Shown in pieces: positions 14,155 to 25,838 of a stretch of 64,000 nucleotides of DNA; position 1 is the stretch's first letter, and every line of letters begins with the position of its first letter. The notes below the pieces were generated by a model. That model saw only the letters and a list, made by a program, of their open reading frames with translations. It searched no databases and was not told where the DNA came from. Made by a program: the position numbers and the translations under genes. Location of the stretch: contig NW_027117339.1 of the NCBI RefSeq assembly GCF_038025025.1, positions 1,178,001-1,242,000 on the forward strand, given 5' to 3'. This DNA is from Phyllosticta citribraziliensis (lineage: Eukaryota).

Positions 14155-14231
14155 TGAAGCTCAGCAGGAGGCAAGGCCTGGTGATGCGAATCGAGCACAG
14201 AGGCCCCAAGTGAAGCTCAGCAGGAGGCAAG
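14155..14231. repeat. 21-bp perfect direct repeat TGAAGCTCAGCAGGAGGCAAG (14155-14175, 14211-14231)
   Basis: Two identical copies with starts 56 nt apart. Confidence 0.9.
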
Positions 14232-14568
14232 ATCCGAAGGTCGAATCTTGATGAGATGGGGAGGAGAAGAAGAGAATACTCGGAGCGGCGGTCGTGGGTT
14301 GTATTAATACCTCAGTTGGGGTCCTGGCGAGGTCCGTTGACGTACCTATGCCAAAAAACACCGCCCACTTCACCCATGGTCCAACAGTGTCTCCCCAACC
14401 ACGCGAAAGGGACACGTTGGGGTCATGACCATCCGTACAAATCTATTCCAGCTCTGCGCCATTGTCCCTTCAACTCCATCCTCGCAAACCGAGCAAAATC
14501 CTCTCGAAAACACACGCAAAGACAGACTTCTTACAACCACCACAACACGAAAGTTTGGCCACCAAAGA

Positions 14569-15621
14569 ATGCCGCTCACGCAAATCCTGCACCATTTGCG
14601 CGAGCAAGGCCAACAACGCGACTCGGTCGTCGCGTCGGACGCCGCTTCAACTTCCAAGTCTTTGCCAGGGGCCGCGTCCGACTCTGAATCCAGCTCTGAA
14701 AACTCGACGTCGCCGAACACCACCGCCAATACCAACAACGGTCATGAGCAGCGGCGCACCACTGGTGCTCCCACCACCAAACCCAAACACGACCTCAACA
14801 AGCCCTTGCCTCCCCTGCCACCGAATCAGTCAGACACGGAGACATCAGATGTCGACAGCAACGAGAAAGACAGCTGCAAGAGCAGCAGCAAAATGTCAAC
14901 CAAAACCGCATCAGCGCCCTCGATTCCGTCAAAGGCAAGCTCAACCACACTGCTGTCCAACGGAAATCATCACCGGCACGACATCTCTGATGCCAGCATC
15001 GCCGCCATCCTCGACAAACTCGCGGACGACGACCGGGAAATTATCGTCCGCGCTCTCAACTCGGTGCGCTTGGATCCGTTGAACAACCCCATTGCTCCGG
15101 CCAACCAGCGCAAAACGGGTGGGTTGGAGGGGAGGTCGTCGCCGTGGCCATCACCAGCTGTAGACGAGGAAAAGAAGGAGAAGAACGCCAAGAACAAGCG
15201 CAGGTGGCTGAGCCGCTGGCCGTGGAGGAGCGGAAAACGCAGCAAAGGGAGGACCAGCAGTGCTCGTGACACTGCTTCATCTTCCTCTCCCTGTTCTCAT
15301 TGCCCCTCTTCACAGGCAACGACGGCGGCGGGGCACACCAGTGAAGGAAACACCGCGGCGCGTACTACGAGGTCACTCATCGGCGGCTCAGGAACGGCAG
15401 CAAAGCTACTGCGAAAGACGGCACAGGGAAAAAGAGAACGATCGCGACAAACGCAAAAGAAAACACTCAAAGGGCAAGCGCTACGGCAGATGCACGCGCG
15501 GAAGAAGGGACAGGCGCAGAAGCAGACGCTCGGAACGAGAGCTTTGAAGACCAGAGAGCGTTCGCCCGAGGCGATGGACGAGGGATGGGACATGACGAAT
15601 ACCTTGCTGACGCTGTTATAG
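14569..15621 (+). CDS. Hypothetical low-complexity protein (start and 3' end uncertain)
   Basis: 398-codon open frame from 14425 with a plausible ATG at 14569. S/T-rich, contains an NKPLPPLPP motif, no recognised domain. Confidence 0.45.
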   Translation: MPLTQILHHLREQGQQRDSVVASDAASTSKSLPGAASDSESSSENSTSPNTTANTNNGHEQRRTTGAPTTKPKHDLNKPLPPLPPNQSDTETSDVDSNEKDSCKSSSKMSTKTASAPSIPSKASSTTLLSNGNHHRHDISDASIAAILDKLADDDREIIVRALNSVRLDPLNNPIAPANQRKTGGLEGRSSPWPSPAVDEEKKEKNAKNKRRWLSRWPWRSGKRSKGRTSSARDTASSSSPCSHCPSSQATTAAGHTSEGNTAARTTRSLIGGSGTAAKLLRKTAQGKRERSRQTQKKTLKGQALRQMHARKKGQAQKQTLGTRALKTRERSPEAMDEGWDMTNTLLTLL

Positions 15622-16464
15622 ACGACGTCTGTACTGTGAGACCGCAGACTTTTCAACGTCGACGCTGTCCCTTCTTTTTCCAAAATGCAGACACACGAAC
15701 AAGTGGACGAGTTCAAGTGATGAATGCTGGATGGTACAATCAGCTCGCTGCCGGACTACCTTACTGCACAACCTCAACTCGGCATCCCAAACACTGTCCA
15801 ACCGACTTATCCACGCTTCATTGACCAGGACTATACATCCGCCGCCGCCTTTGTGCATCATTCACGCGCACAGTTTCCATGTCTCGCATCTTCCTCTACC
15901 ACACCCGCTAGTAATGCAGCAGACAACCGCCATCCCAATCCATGGCAAATATGCAAGCAGATACAGAAAACCAGCAGAGAGCGCCGCCACCATCTCGAAG
16001 ATCGCTCAGATAAACCAAGCCGAGCCAAGCCGAAGTGAACAAAGCCAAAACAGACGGAAAATGGATCGATGATCCAGCCAGAGTATCTCAACGCCAGCCA
16101 CGTACGCGAGCAAGGCAGTGGACGACAGAAGAGCAAGCGACCAAGCACGAGGAAAAGGACGCAAATATGGCTGGGGTCGAAGGACTGGAGTGATGAGAAA
16201 GACAAAGGGGGGAGGAGGGGTATCTATGCTACACGAGAAGGACAGGACGCAAAGGCGCAAGATGAAGAAAGGGCAGACCATTTGGGAAGCGAGCGCTGTA
16301 GGTACTGAGAGGAGGGGTAAAGGTCTATGCAGCATGTCGGGAGAAGATGAGGGAGGGAACAGAATTGATACAAACATGTCGCTTCGTAAACTCGTCGAGG
16401 ACACCAACCTCACTGTCTCATCGCCAACTCTTTGATTCGTTCATGCCAGACGCCTCTCTGTTAC

Positions 16465-19400
16465 TCACCAAGACCCATCATTCAGATCGCTCCTAAAGCC
16501 TGTCAATTCGGCAACTAAGTTGCCTGCCGTACTCAACGCCCAGAGGACGACCAAACAGGTACCGACCAGCCGATCCATGCGCCATCCGCGCATGGAGACA
16601 AGAGCAAGCAAGCCCAAGAGCGTCACAAGCAGCGTAGCGCCACTAATGACAAGCGTGCTGTCAACGTCGAGGTGGTACGGCTTGAATTTGACGGGGTGGT
16701 TGGGATGCTTGTCGTGAGAGCGCTCGGCCTTCTTGATCGTCATGTAGCAGCCGCTAAGGCCGATGCCGAGCAAAATGTTGAGCATTGGCCCGCCAAAGCA
16801 CGCCGAGAGCGCCATGACAGGGAAGCCGAGACGCGCAACGGTTATGTCCGCAACAAGGTCGCCCATGGAGTTTCCCACGGCGAAGATGGTCAACCCAAGA
16901 ATCGCGTCGCTAATGTCGAGGATGACGCCAAGGGTCTTGAGGACACCGACAACTTCATTAGCAATGGTCGAGATCCAGGCAATTGACACGACAAATCCGA
17001 GAAAGCAAAGCATCGTATGCCAGCGTGGTGGGCGCAGAGGCGTCGTTGTGGCCAAGAGCAAGAGAAGAACGGCAATGGAGCAACCAAGCGATATCGCGGC
17101 TGGAAGGAGGAGAGCGCGAGGATTGGAGAGATCAGTATTAGCCCAGACAATCAGCGAGACGAAGAAGGGGGCTGTGAAGATCTGCACGATAACAAGCCAG
17201 CGGTCCCATTGCTTGGGCTCAGGCGCAAGTGGCTTGTGGGGGTGAGGGATTGGTTCGGGTGATTGGGCCATCGGTCCGTCCGACGGCGAAAGTAACAACA
17301 AAGGCGGTTCGTCGCGATATCTTTCCTGACCAGCTATCCCGGCCGTGGTCTCATTCCCGTTGCCCCGCGATTGACCGCCAGAGGGACCAGCAGGCTCATC
17401 ATCGGGACCAGTGATGGTGATAGTGCTCGGTGCAGATGGGCGAACAACGGGACTGGGCAGAGCGAAATCTGGTTCTTCCTCCTCTGCATCCTTGTCCAAC
17501 TCCACAACAGGAAGCGTGATGGTCAGGAGAAAGACACTTGGTGCCGACACAAAGCCCAGCAACCGTTCCCAATGACTCTTCTTTTTCCAGTTGTAAAGTG
17601 TGGGAAACAATTTGGAGGTTAGTTGCCTTGGTGACGGCATTCTGTCGGGCCACCATTTGATTGGCCTCTCCTCTTCCTCTTCTTCGATCTCTGGGAAGTG
17701 CTCGTTGGGAAAGATCGAAGACAGCGGAGAGATACTGGGAGAAGCAAAACTGAGCGGTTTCGATCCTCCATGGGGAGACGCTCCTAGTTCGTGATATGCA
17801 GGGAAAGGCGACTTGGAGCCTTCGCCTCCTGACGGTGGAATTACCAACTTTGGCAAAGACTGAGGAATAGATTTTGGAGTATGTCGTAATCTCCCGGGCG
17901 ATGGAGGCTCAGGTGGTGCGAGACGATCTGGTGACTTGGCTCGACGGCCTTGAGGTGCAGGACTAGGTTCTCTGCTTCCAGGCTGGGAAGTAGGTGGTGA
18001 CAAGGATATGGCAGGAGATGGAATCATGTTGCTTGAAGCCGTCGAAGTCGAAGCATTTCTGGGGCGTCCAGTTGGAGGTACGTGCAGGTGATCGGTGTCC
18101 TCGGCAAGAGGACCGAGAAGATCAACGTTGCGCGACTTTTTGGACCACGCTTTCGGATCAAATCGTAACGAATCCGCGTCGTTTACCGACACGGCACGTG
18201 TGCGGCTTATCGCACTCTGCCTTGTTGGAGGGCGAGATTCATCGCTATCGCGGGATGACGGCCTCGCAGCGGGATCCGAGTAGACTGACAGCTGGTCCTG
18301 CTGTTGTGCAGTAGTAAATGTCGGATCATCGGAATACCGCCTCAAATTGATGGGCCGGGTCTGGATGTTCCGCGACTTTTGCAACGATGAGAGTACCGCT
18401 CGAAATTCCAAAGCTCCCACGAGACTTGGCCTGATTGGAGGATTCTTCGACGCGCGACGGTCGCCCAAACGCGGTCGGCTAAGTCGCATGTTCCTATTAA
18501 GTTCGCCGAGCCATCTTTCTCTTTCCTCTTCGTCCGCGGTTTCGAGTCCTGGTTCGTCATTGGCATTTCCCTGTTCCAAGGCAGCGAAGTCTTCAGTAGA
18601 GACATTGTGAGAAAAGTAGGACGAGGACCGACTTCGTCCATCTTGCTGAGGGAACGGGGAGAAGACTTCGGCCACTTCGCCGCCAGGGCTGACAAAGTGT
18701 CCCCGTGCGGTTGCTTCCACAAGTCTTTTGCGCTGTCTTCGTCCAAACCACCAATGCCACCAGAGCACAAAGACGACGTAGAAGATGTAAAAGACGACCA
18801 TGGCAATGCACTCCCACAACGATAGCTTACCGTCTATGAGGAAAACCATGCTGAAGGAAGCTGCGACGATGAAGAAGCCCACATCTCGCACAAAGGTGCG
18901 TTTGTCGACTTTGAACGGCCTGGCGAGAGCCATGGATCCAGCAACTACGGCAGTGATGAAGCTAGCTGCTCCAATGAGCTCTCCAATGGCCAAAGTCCCA
19001 CTGTTTGTGTTCATGGCGGCAAATGTCGAAAAGACATCTGGACTGCCATTTCCAAAGGCCAGAAATGTCACGCCCGCCATGCTCTCGCTCATACCCAAGA
19101 GACTCGATATTGTGCTGAGGTTTACGCAAAAGAAGTCGCTGGCAGCAATGCCAATGGTGCTGAAAAGCAGGGCGAGCCATAGGACGATAATGGCAAACGC
19201 CACAGGCTTGGCGTGGGGAAGGCGGCAGTAATAGAGCTGGAGGTAGGAGACGATACCGGCTTCTTCGTCAGGACAGTGCTGGCGGACAAAAGCGCACTTG
19301 TCGACGGCGTTGTTGACCAATCGGCACTGCAAGTGGGGTTAGCTAAAGTCGCGTGCCAGGAACAATGACGCTACCTCGAGATCATCTTGGGAAGAGAGTC

Positions 19401-19587
19401 CGCGCGCGCGCAATGACGAGACGGGAGATTGTTTCTGGGTATTTGAGAGAGAGTCGGCAAGCAGAGCGGCCACGGCGAGGAGGGACACCAGGACGAGGGT
19501 GGCTAGGAATGGGCGCGGCGAGTATGGCGATTTGCGACGTTGCGCGCGCGGCCGGCGCAGCAGCGCATAAGGATGGGATTCAGCCAT
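16465..19587 (-). CDS. Na+/Ca2+ exchanger family protein (CCX/NCKX6-like); exons 19587-19375, 19326-16465
   Basis: Alpha-1 repeat GVTFLAFGNGSPDVFST and alpha-2 repeat GLTIFAVGNSMGDLVAD...GGPMLNILLG. Two TM bundles flank a long cytosolic loop. Intron at 19374-19327. Confidence 0.93.
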
Positions 19588-20377
19588 GGCTCTTTGCAAA
19601 CGAAAGGAGGTCAAGGGTAGAAGAGGAGCATCGCTGGCTGGGCGGACGGGGAATTTTGAGGCGGAGAGATGGTGGAGAAGTAGCTGGGGCGGCGACTTGG
19701 CCTTGGACTACTTGTGCCAGGCAGGCAATGCCATGGCAGCTCGGCCGGGGGGAGCCACCAATGACGATGGTTGTGGCTGAAGGGACGCCACGCGGGTCCA
19801 GGCCGCGGGAAAGGAAGAATTGGCTCCAGCGCGGCGTACGGGAGTCAGTTGGAGATGGGTTTTCTGGCCCAGGTGCTGGCGCCGCGCCATGTCAGACCGG
19901 GAGATCATCGACTGGCCTGTTGCAGCAAAGTGTCATGCGCGTGCGGCCTGCGTCTTTCGGTTGGTAGTGTGGTAGTGCGGCGGTGCGGCGGTGCAAGCCA
20001 ACAGAGCTCCCGGCCGTCAGCTTCACTTTTGAATGTCGGTCAAACATTCCAGCTCTGGCCGCTTGATTCCCGCATGACGATCGTTTAAGACATTCCTTGA
20101 ACAATGCAATCAAGTAATGTAAAGTCTGACCTGCCTCTCAGCTTCCGGTTTCCTGTTTGCGCGGACCCCGAGTCATGTCTAATGCGCCTCAGGCACGAGC
20201 CGACTCAGATTCTGCCACATCCCCGTGACCGCCCTCCCGCCAAGGGCCCGCGCGTCGGCTCCGTTGTTTACAACCAAAGGCGCCAACAACTCGATCTCCG
20301 CACGCATTCGGCAACGACCCTATGCGTCGCAACCACAGCAGCCCGCCAAATATCTGTCGCTGACCTTTACAACAACC

Positions 20378-22977
20378 ATGGCTCGCCCGACAAAGCACAG
20401 GCTGTCTTCTGGCGGAGTGGGCGCCACGCCCAAATCCGGAATCAGGTCAGTGTCTGTATCTTTGCGAGAGGCCGCCTCTAACCTCCTACAGGGTGCCGCT
20501 CAACGATCTCAGCGATGACAAGCAAGAGAAGGCCAAGCGCCTTCAATCGCGACAGCTCCAACATGAAGCCGCCATGAACCAGATACGCGCCGCTGCGACC
20601 CCAAACAAGCGACGATTAACATTCACCGGACGCGATCCTCAAACCCCCTTGGCCAGCGACGAAAGCCTGATAGACCCGCGAAGCAGAGGACTGACTCCTA
20701 TGAGGAGAGGACCGATTCTAGCCAACTTCGAGGAAATGATAAAAATGGCAACGGATAATGTAAAGTCCCAGGCATTGCAGTTGGTGATGAAGGCTAATGA
20801 CGTAGAAAATCAACGCGGCCAATTCCTGGAGCTTGGAGCTGATTGACTACTTTCACGAAATGTCTCTACTCCGCGAAGGCGATAACATCAACTTCCAAAA
20901 AGCGAGTACCACCCTGGACGGCTGCGTCAAAGTCTACACCAACAGAATCGATAGCGTTGCGACAGAGACCGGCAAATTGTTGAGCGGCTTGGCTACTAGC
21001 AGTGACAAGAAGCGCAAAAGTGATGTGGGCGACGAGGAACGCGACGCTGAAGGAGACGAGGACGTGGATGAGGACGGACACCCAAAGAAAAAGACGAAGA
21101 AGAAAGCGAGGGCGGCCGAGGCTACGCTAGTCTCGAGCTTTTCACAGCTCATGATAAAAAAGATGGAGCTCGAATTCTCTGTGGATCCGCTTTTCAAAAA
21201 GGCAGCAGCAGACTTTGACGAAGGAGGCGCCAAAGGCTTGCTCATGAACAACCTATCCATCGACTCGAACGGCCGAATTGTATTTGACAGTAGCGACGAT
21301 GCACAGGATGCCACCGAAGAGATGCCGGACGAAGAAACCACCCAAGTCAAAGAGGAAGAAGACGAAGCGGAGCAGCCCCAAAAAGAATTAGATCTCTCGG
21401 CGTTGGGAGCCAAGTTCTTCCCAGACCTTTCAGTCCTCGACGGTCAGGATATTTGTCCGTCTCTGAAGGGGTTCGATTTTGGAGACCCAGACGCCGCTGT
21501 CAACCTTCCATTCCTCAAAGCGTCCGAAGACTGGCGCAACGAGCAGAGGGCCAATGAAGAAGATGGAGACGACGCGGCCGGAGATTTCCTCAACGATGGC
21601 TTTGACGATGACGATGATGGAGGACTTGGTGCCTTCGACCTCCCCGCTGAGACTGGATTTGGCGAAGGTGGAGAAGCTTGGGCAAGAGAAGCAGCCCTGG
21701 ACCCTCAAATGCGTGTCCACAAGGTGGACGTGGACATGGGAGACGAAGAAGGCGAGGAAGCAGTTGGCAAGACTGGTGGTTTCGACGCCGAAAGCTCGCA
21801 CTACGATATCACCGTGGGCAGCCGAGCTGAGCATGAACACATTCTCAGCTACTTTGACAAGACCCTATCCAAGAACTGGGCAGGCCCCGAACACTGGCGT
21901 ATCCGCAGAATAAAGGACGCCAGCAAGAGCCAGGCGCCCGCTCCGACTAAGCGCAAAGAAAAGGCACCATTCGAGATTGACTTTTCGGCGCCAATGACGC
22001 AATCCATGGCCGATTCTCTATACACCAAGGCAGTTCCGTCTGCCATTCTTCTCCCAAAGAATCAATGGCAAAACAAAACCCGCAACCTACTCCCAGACGA
22101 CAAACACTTCAACAGCCAACAGCTTCTCCATCTCTTCATCAAACCCAACGCTCGCGTCCTCTCGCGTAACAAGACATCGAAACGAAGGGGCAGCAATGTC
22201 CGGCCTGGAGAAGACCCGAAGGCCGAGACGGACGAGGTCATCTGGGCACAGCACAACGAAGACCCTACGACACATAATCCCGATCCGACTACGCTCGGCG
22301 TGGGCGGAGGCGATGATGACATGGACGACGACGGCATCGGCATGCCTCACAACGCCGATTTTTTCCAAGACGACGAGGAAGACATTTTTGCCGACGCGCG
22401 AGAAATGTTTTCGCCACACCCAGAAGACGGCCACGACGCGCAAATGTTGGGCGCGGATGGCATGCTTCCGCCCGCGGGCACGCAAGACACGGCATTTGGC
22501 GCGCAGCTCGTCACGGCCGGCCGTCGGTTGCGGCCCGAGTACGTGCAGTACGCGCGGCGAGCTAAGCAGGTCGATCTGCGACTGCTCAAAGACAACATTT
22601 GGAAGGGGATCGGCCTGCCCGGGGACGGAGATTCGGAAGGAGAAGAAGACCCGCCAGAGGTGCGTCCGCCCACACATCCCGCTTACAGTCCTGTGCTAAC
22701 GCGTCAACAGCAATCAAACCTCAGCATGTCGGCGCCGCCCAAGCCTACTCCAACGCCCGTCAAGCCTGACAGCGATGGCACGCTCATGTTTACAGACGTC
22801 ATGAATGCTCTGCCTGCTGTCTACCCGCTAAAGGCCATGGCTGACATTAGCACCAGTTATTGCTTCATCTGTTTGCTGCATCTGGCTAATGAAAAGGGCT
22901 TGGTCATTGAAAATCAACCCGAATATCTGGACTTGAGGATCCGCAAGGACGATGGCGCTGTTTCAGGAATGGAGTAG
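20378..22977 (+). CDS. BRN1: Condensin complex subunit 2 (kleisin, barren/Brn1/Cnd2); introns 20446-20491, 20760-20805, 22660-22710
   Basis: Motifs KMATDNKINAANSW, NFQKASTTLDGCVKVYTNRIDSV, DPLFKKAAADFDEGGAKGLL, NWAGPEHW and the C-terminal CFICLLHLANEKGL. Confidence 0.95.
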
Positions 22978-23523
22978 GGCGTGTGGGGATCGAGAGACTT
23001 TGATCGTTCGAGACGAGAAGGACAAGACAGCGTATCCAGTGCGTGTTTGCACGGCTGTTTGTTGTAAAAGAGATGTGCATACCAGGCGTTTTGGTGGGCG
23101 GTTAAGGGTGGGTTGGAGCCATGGACTGGCTTGTTTGGTTGGTTGGTAGATCTTCTTTTGGTTTCTGGCCGGCGCCTGTTGATTGTCGTGTATAGAGGCG
23201 CCAGGATGGTCTGCGGCGGGTCGGATGTGGCTACGGCCTTGAATAGACAGAGCTGTCTACCACGAATCCACTTTGCATTGTTCAGGGTTGCCTCGAGTTT
23301 TCGGTCAGTCAGTTGAACAGGCTTTGCCTTTTTCATGCATGCTACGTAACTCCCCGCCAAGCACTTCATTCCCTCGTGTCGTGGAAATGCTCCCTCTATA
23401 CAACCCGAACCCAACCAAAAGGAGGCAGTAAGGCTTTTTCCCGCGTTAAACCCACTTCCCGTTGGAACTTTTCGTTCATCCTCGATGCCATTGAAGAAAA
23501 ACCGCTAGCGCATTGCCTGCCGT

Positions 23524-25838
23524 TTAAGACACGACCTCCTCCGTCTCCTCGATAATCTCCTCGACCAACTCCTCAATGACCTCTCCGCCTTCGGCTTCGT
23601 TGGCATCGTTTGCGGCAGCCTTGGCGGCGGCGGCGGACTCGAAGCCCTCTTCGTGGAGGTCTTCGACGACACGGTCGCGCCAGGCGAGCCACTCCTCGAG
23701 CTGGCGGCGGCGCTTGTCGACGACGGCCTTGTTGGCCGTATTCTTCTTCTCAAAGTCTTGCTCATCGAAGATCTTGCTGTACTCGCGCAGGTTCTTGCGC
23801 ACCTTCTTCTGCTCCTCCTTCGACAGCAGCGTCGGCGGCCGCGGCCGCCACACGAATTGCTTGAAGCGCTCAATCTGCTCCTCGCGCAGCAGTTGGCCCT
23901 TGAAGTCCCAGATCTTGTAGCCGTTTTCAATCTGGATCGTCTTGTTAGAATTTTCGTCCCTGTGTCATTCACGAGGGTGGGGGCTTACCGGGTGCATGAA
24001 GGCGGACGAGACGGTGGCCAGGTAGCGGCCTGACGGATCCCACTCGACGCTGGTGATGCCATAGTGCTCGCCTTGGCCGATGGGCATCAGGTTGGCAGTA
24101 AGGTCCTTGTACGCCTCTTCCGGTTGACCCTCAAAGTCAAGGTCGAAAAAGTCCAGGTCACAGCTGACTTGCGAGTGGAGAGTAGCGACGACGACGAAGC
24201 GGCCCTTGGGCGACCAGTAGATGCCGTTGTTGTTCTTCTTGTCGAAAGTGCGCATGTGCTTGAAGTTGCCAACCTGATTGCCCTTTGCCTTTTCGGGAGC
24301 AAAGAACGAGACGGCGGTCTTGGGCGCGACTGCAGTGTTGCCAGGGACTTCACCGGTCGTGATGAGGACGAAGCGGTTACCCTTTGGTTCCCAGGCAAAG
24401 TTGATGACCGTGTCCTTGACCGAGTCGATAACCTCTACGGGAACACCCTTTTCGCGAATGCGGAAAATTTCGAGGTTTGTCGTCATGGATTTCCTCGACT
24501 TGGTCTTTTGGATATCGATCTTGACGCAGACGTATTCGGCATTCGATTGCCAGTGGAGCTTGGCGTCGGCGACGTTGAAGAGATTACGGGTCCGGACAAT
24601 CTCCTTTGAGGGGACGCTCATGAGACCGACCTTGGCGGGGGCGCTGCCAGATTCGGGGGTCCAGTAGCATATGAGCTGCTCGTAGCTCTTGATGCCCTCA
24701 CGCTGCGGCGTGGTGGGCGCCCACTCAAAATCCATGATGCCGTCGACCTTAATTGATGACTTATCGAGAAGGTTCATCCGGGGGGCCTCGTACACCGAAA
24801 TGGACTGGCCTTGAACCATGCGCGCGACGTACTTGTCATCAGCGGACCACTTGAAGGTGGGCCATTGAAGCTTCTTCTTGATGGGGTTGCCATTCTCGTC
24901 CATCGAAGGCGGTACGTCGATGGTGACGAATGAGCGGAGAGGCTTGGAGGTTGCAATGTCCCAGATGATGTAGTTCTTGCCATCGTCTTCAATCGAGAGG
25001 TTTGGAACGGGGTGAGTCTCGTCGACCTGCAGCGGCTGGGGAGACCAGGTGACGAGGTAATTTTCGTTGGGCGAAAAGTTGACGAGCTTCACGCCAGGGT
25101 GCGCAAAACGCTTTTGCCTGCTCCAGGACCTGCCTCCCCAGAGCTGCACACCCTGCTCGTGAACCGACATGAGAAACGTGCCGAGCGGCGACCATTCGAC
25201 AAAGAGCTCCGTCCAGTGCTCGCGATCCACAACCGGCTCCGGAGCGTCCTCCTTTTCGTGCCAAAACACGCCAACCTTCTTGTCCCGGTACATGGCGATC
25301 TGGTCGCGGGGGTCCGAGAGCCATGATCGAAGGTGCTCCTTTTCTTGGAATGGCTCGATGGTGGGCGGCTTGTACTCCTCGTCGACTCTGCCTTCGCGGC
25401 CGAAGCGCTCGACGTCGGTAAGCTTGTTGACGAGCAGCGTGTGCTTCTTGTCCAGAGGGACACCGTTGAGGGTCTTGGAGGCGGCAAAGGCCTCGCTTGG
25501 GGCGCCGAATTCGACAAAGGCATATCTGCAAGGTGTGAGCGCGGCTCAGAGCTACAGAGGCGCCGAGTATCAATTTACCCCTCGGTCATGCCCTGATCAT
25601 TCAGCGGCATGTGAACACCCTCCTCGGTAGCATGTCCGACGGTGTTGAGCTTGCGCAGCAAGAACTTGATGAGCTTGGAGCGGCTTGCTTCGGGCACAAC
25701 GGGCAGGCCATCGATGATGACGAACGCGTCGAGGCCCTCCTCAAGGCGGACCTCGAATTGGTCCTTGAGGTCGGAAAAGTCGATCTCGCTCTCGTCAAAG
25801 TCGTCGTCGACGGGGAGGTTCTCGTAGGAGGGCGCCAT
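23524..25838 (-). CDS. PRT1: Eukaryotic translation initiation factor 3 subunit B; introns 25578-25526 and 23988-23932
   Basis: N-terminal RRM ([14 protein letters not shown]...GYAFVEF), beta-propeller repeats ([28 protein letters not shown]) and the C-terminal WRPRPPTLL...RKNLREYS. Confidence 0.97.
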
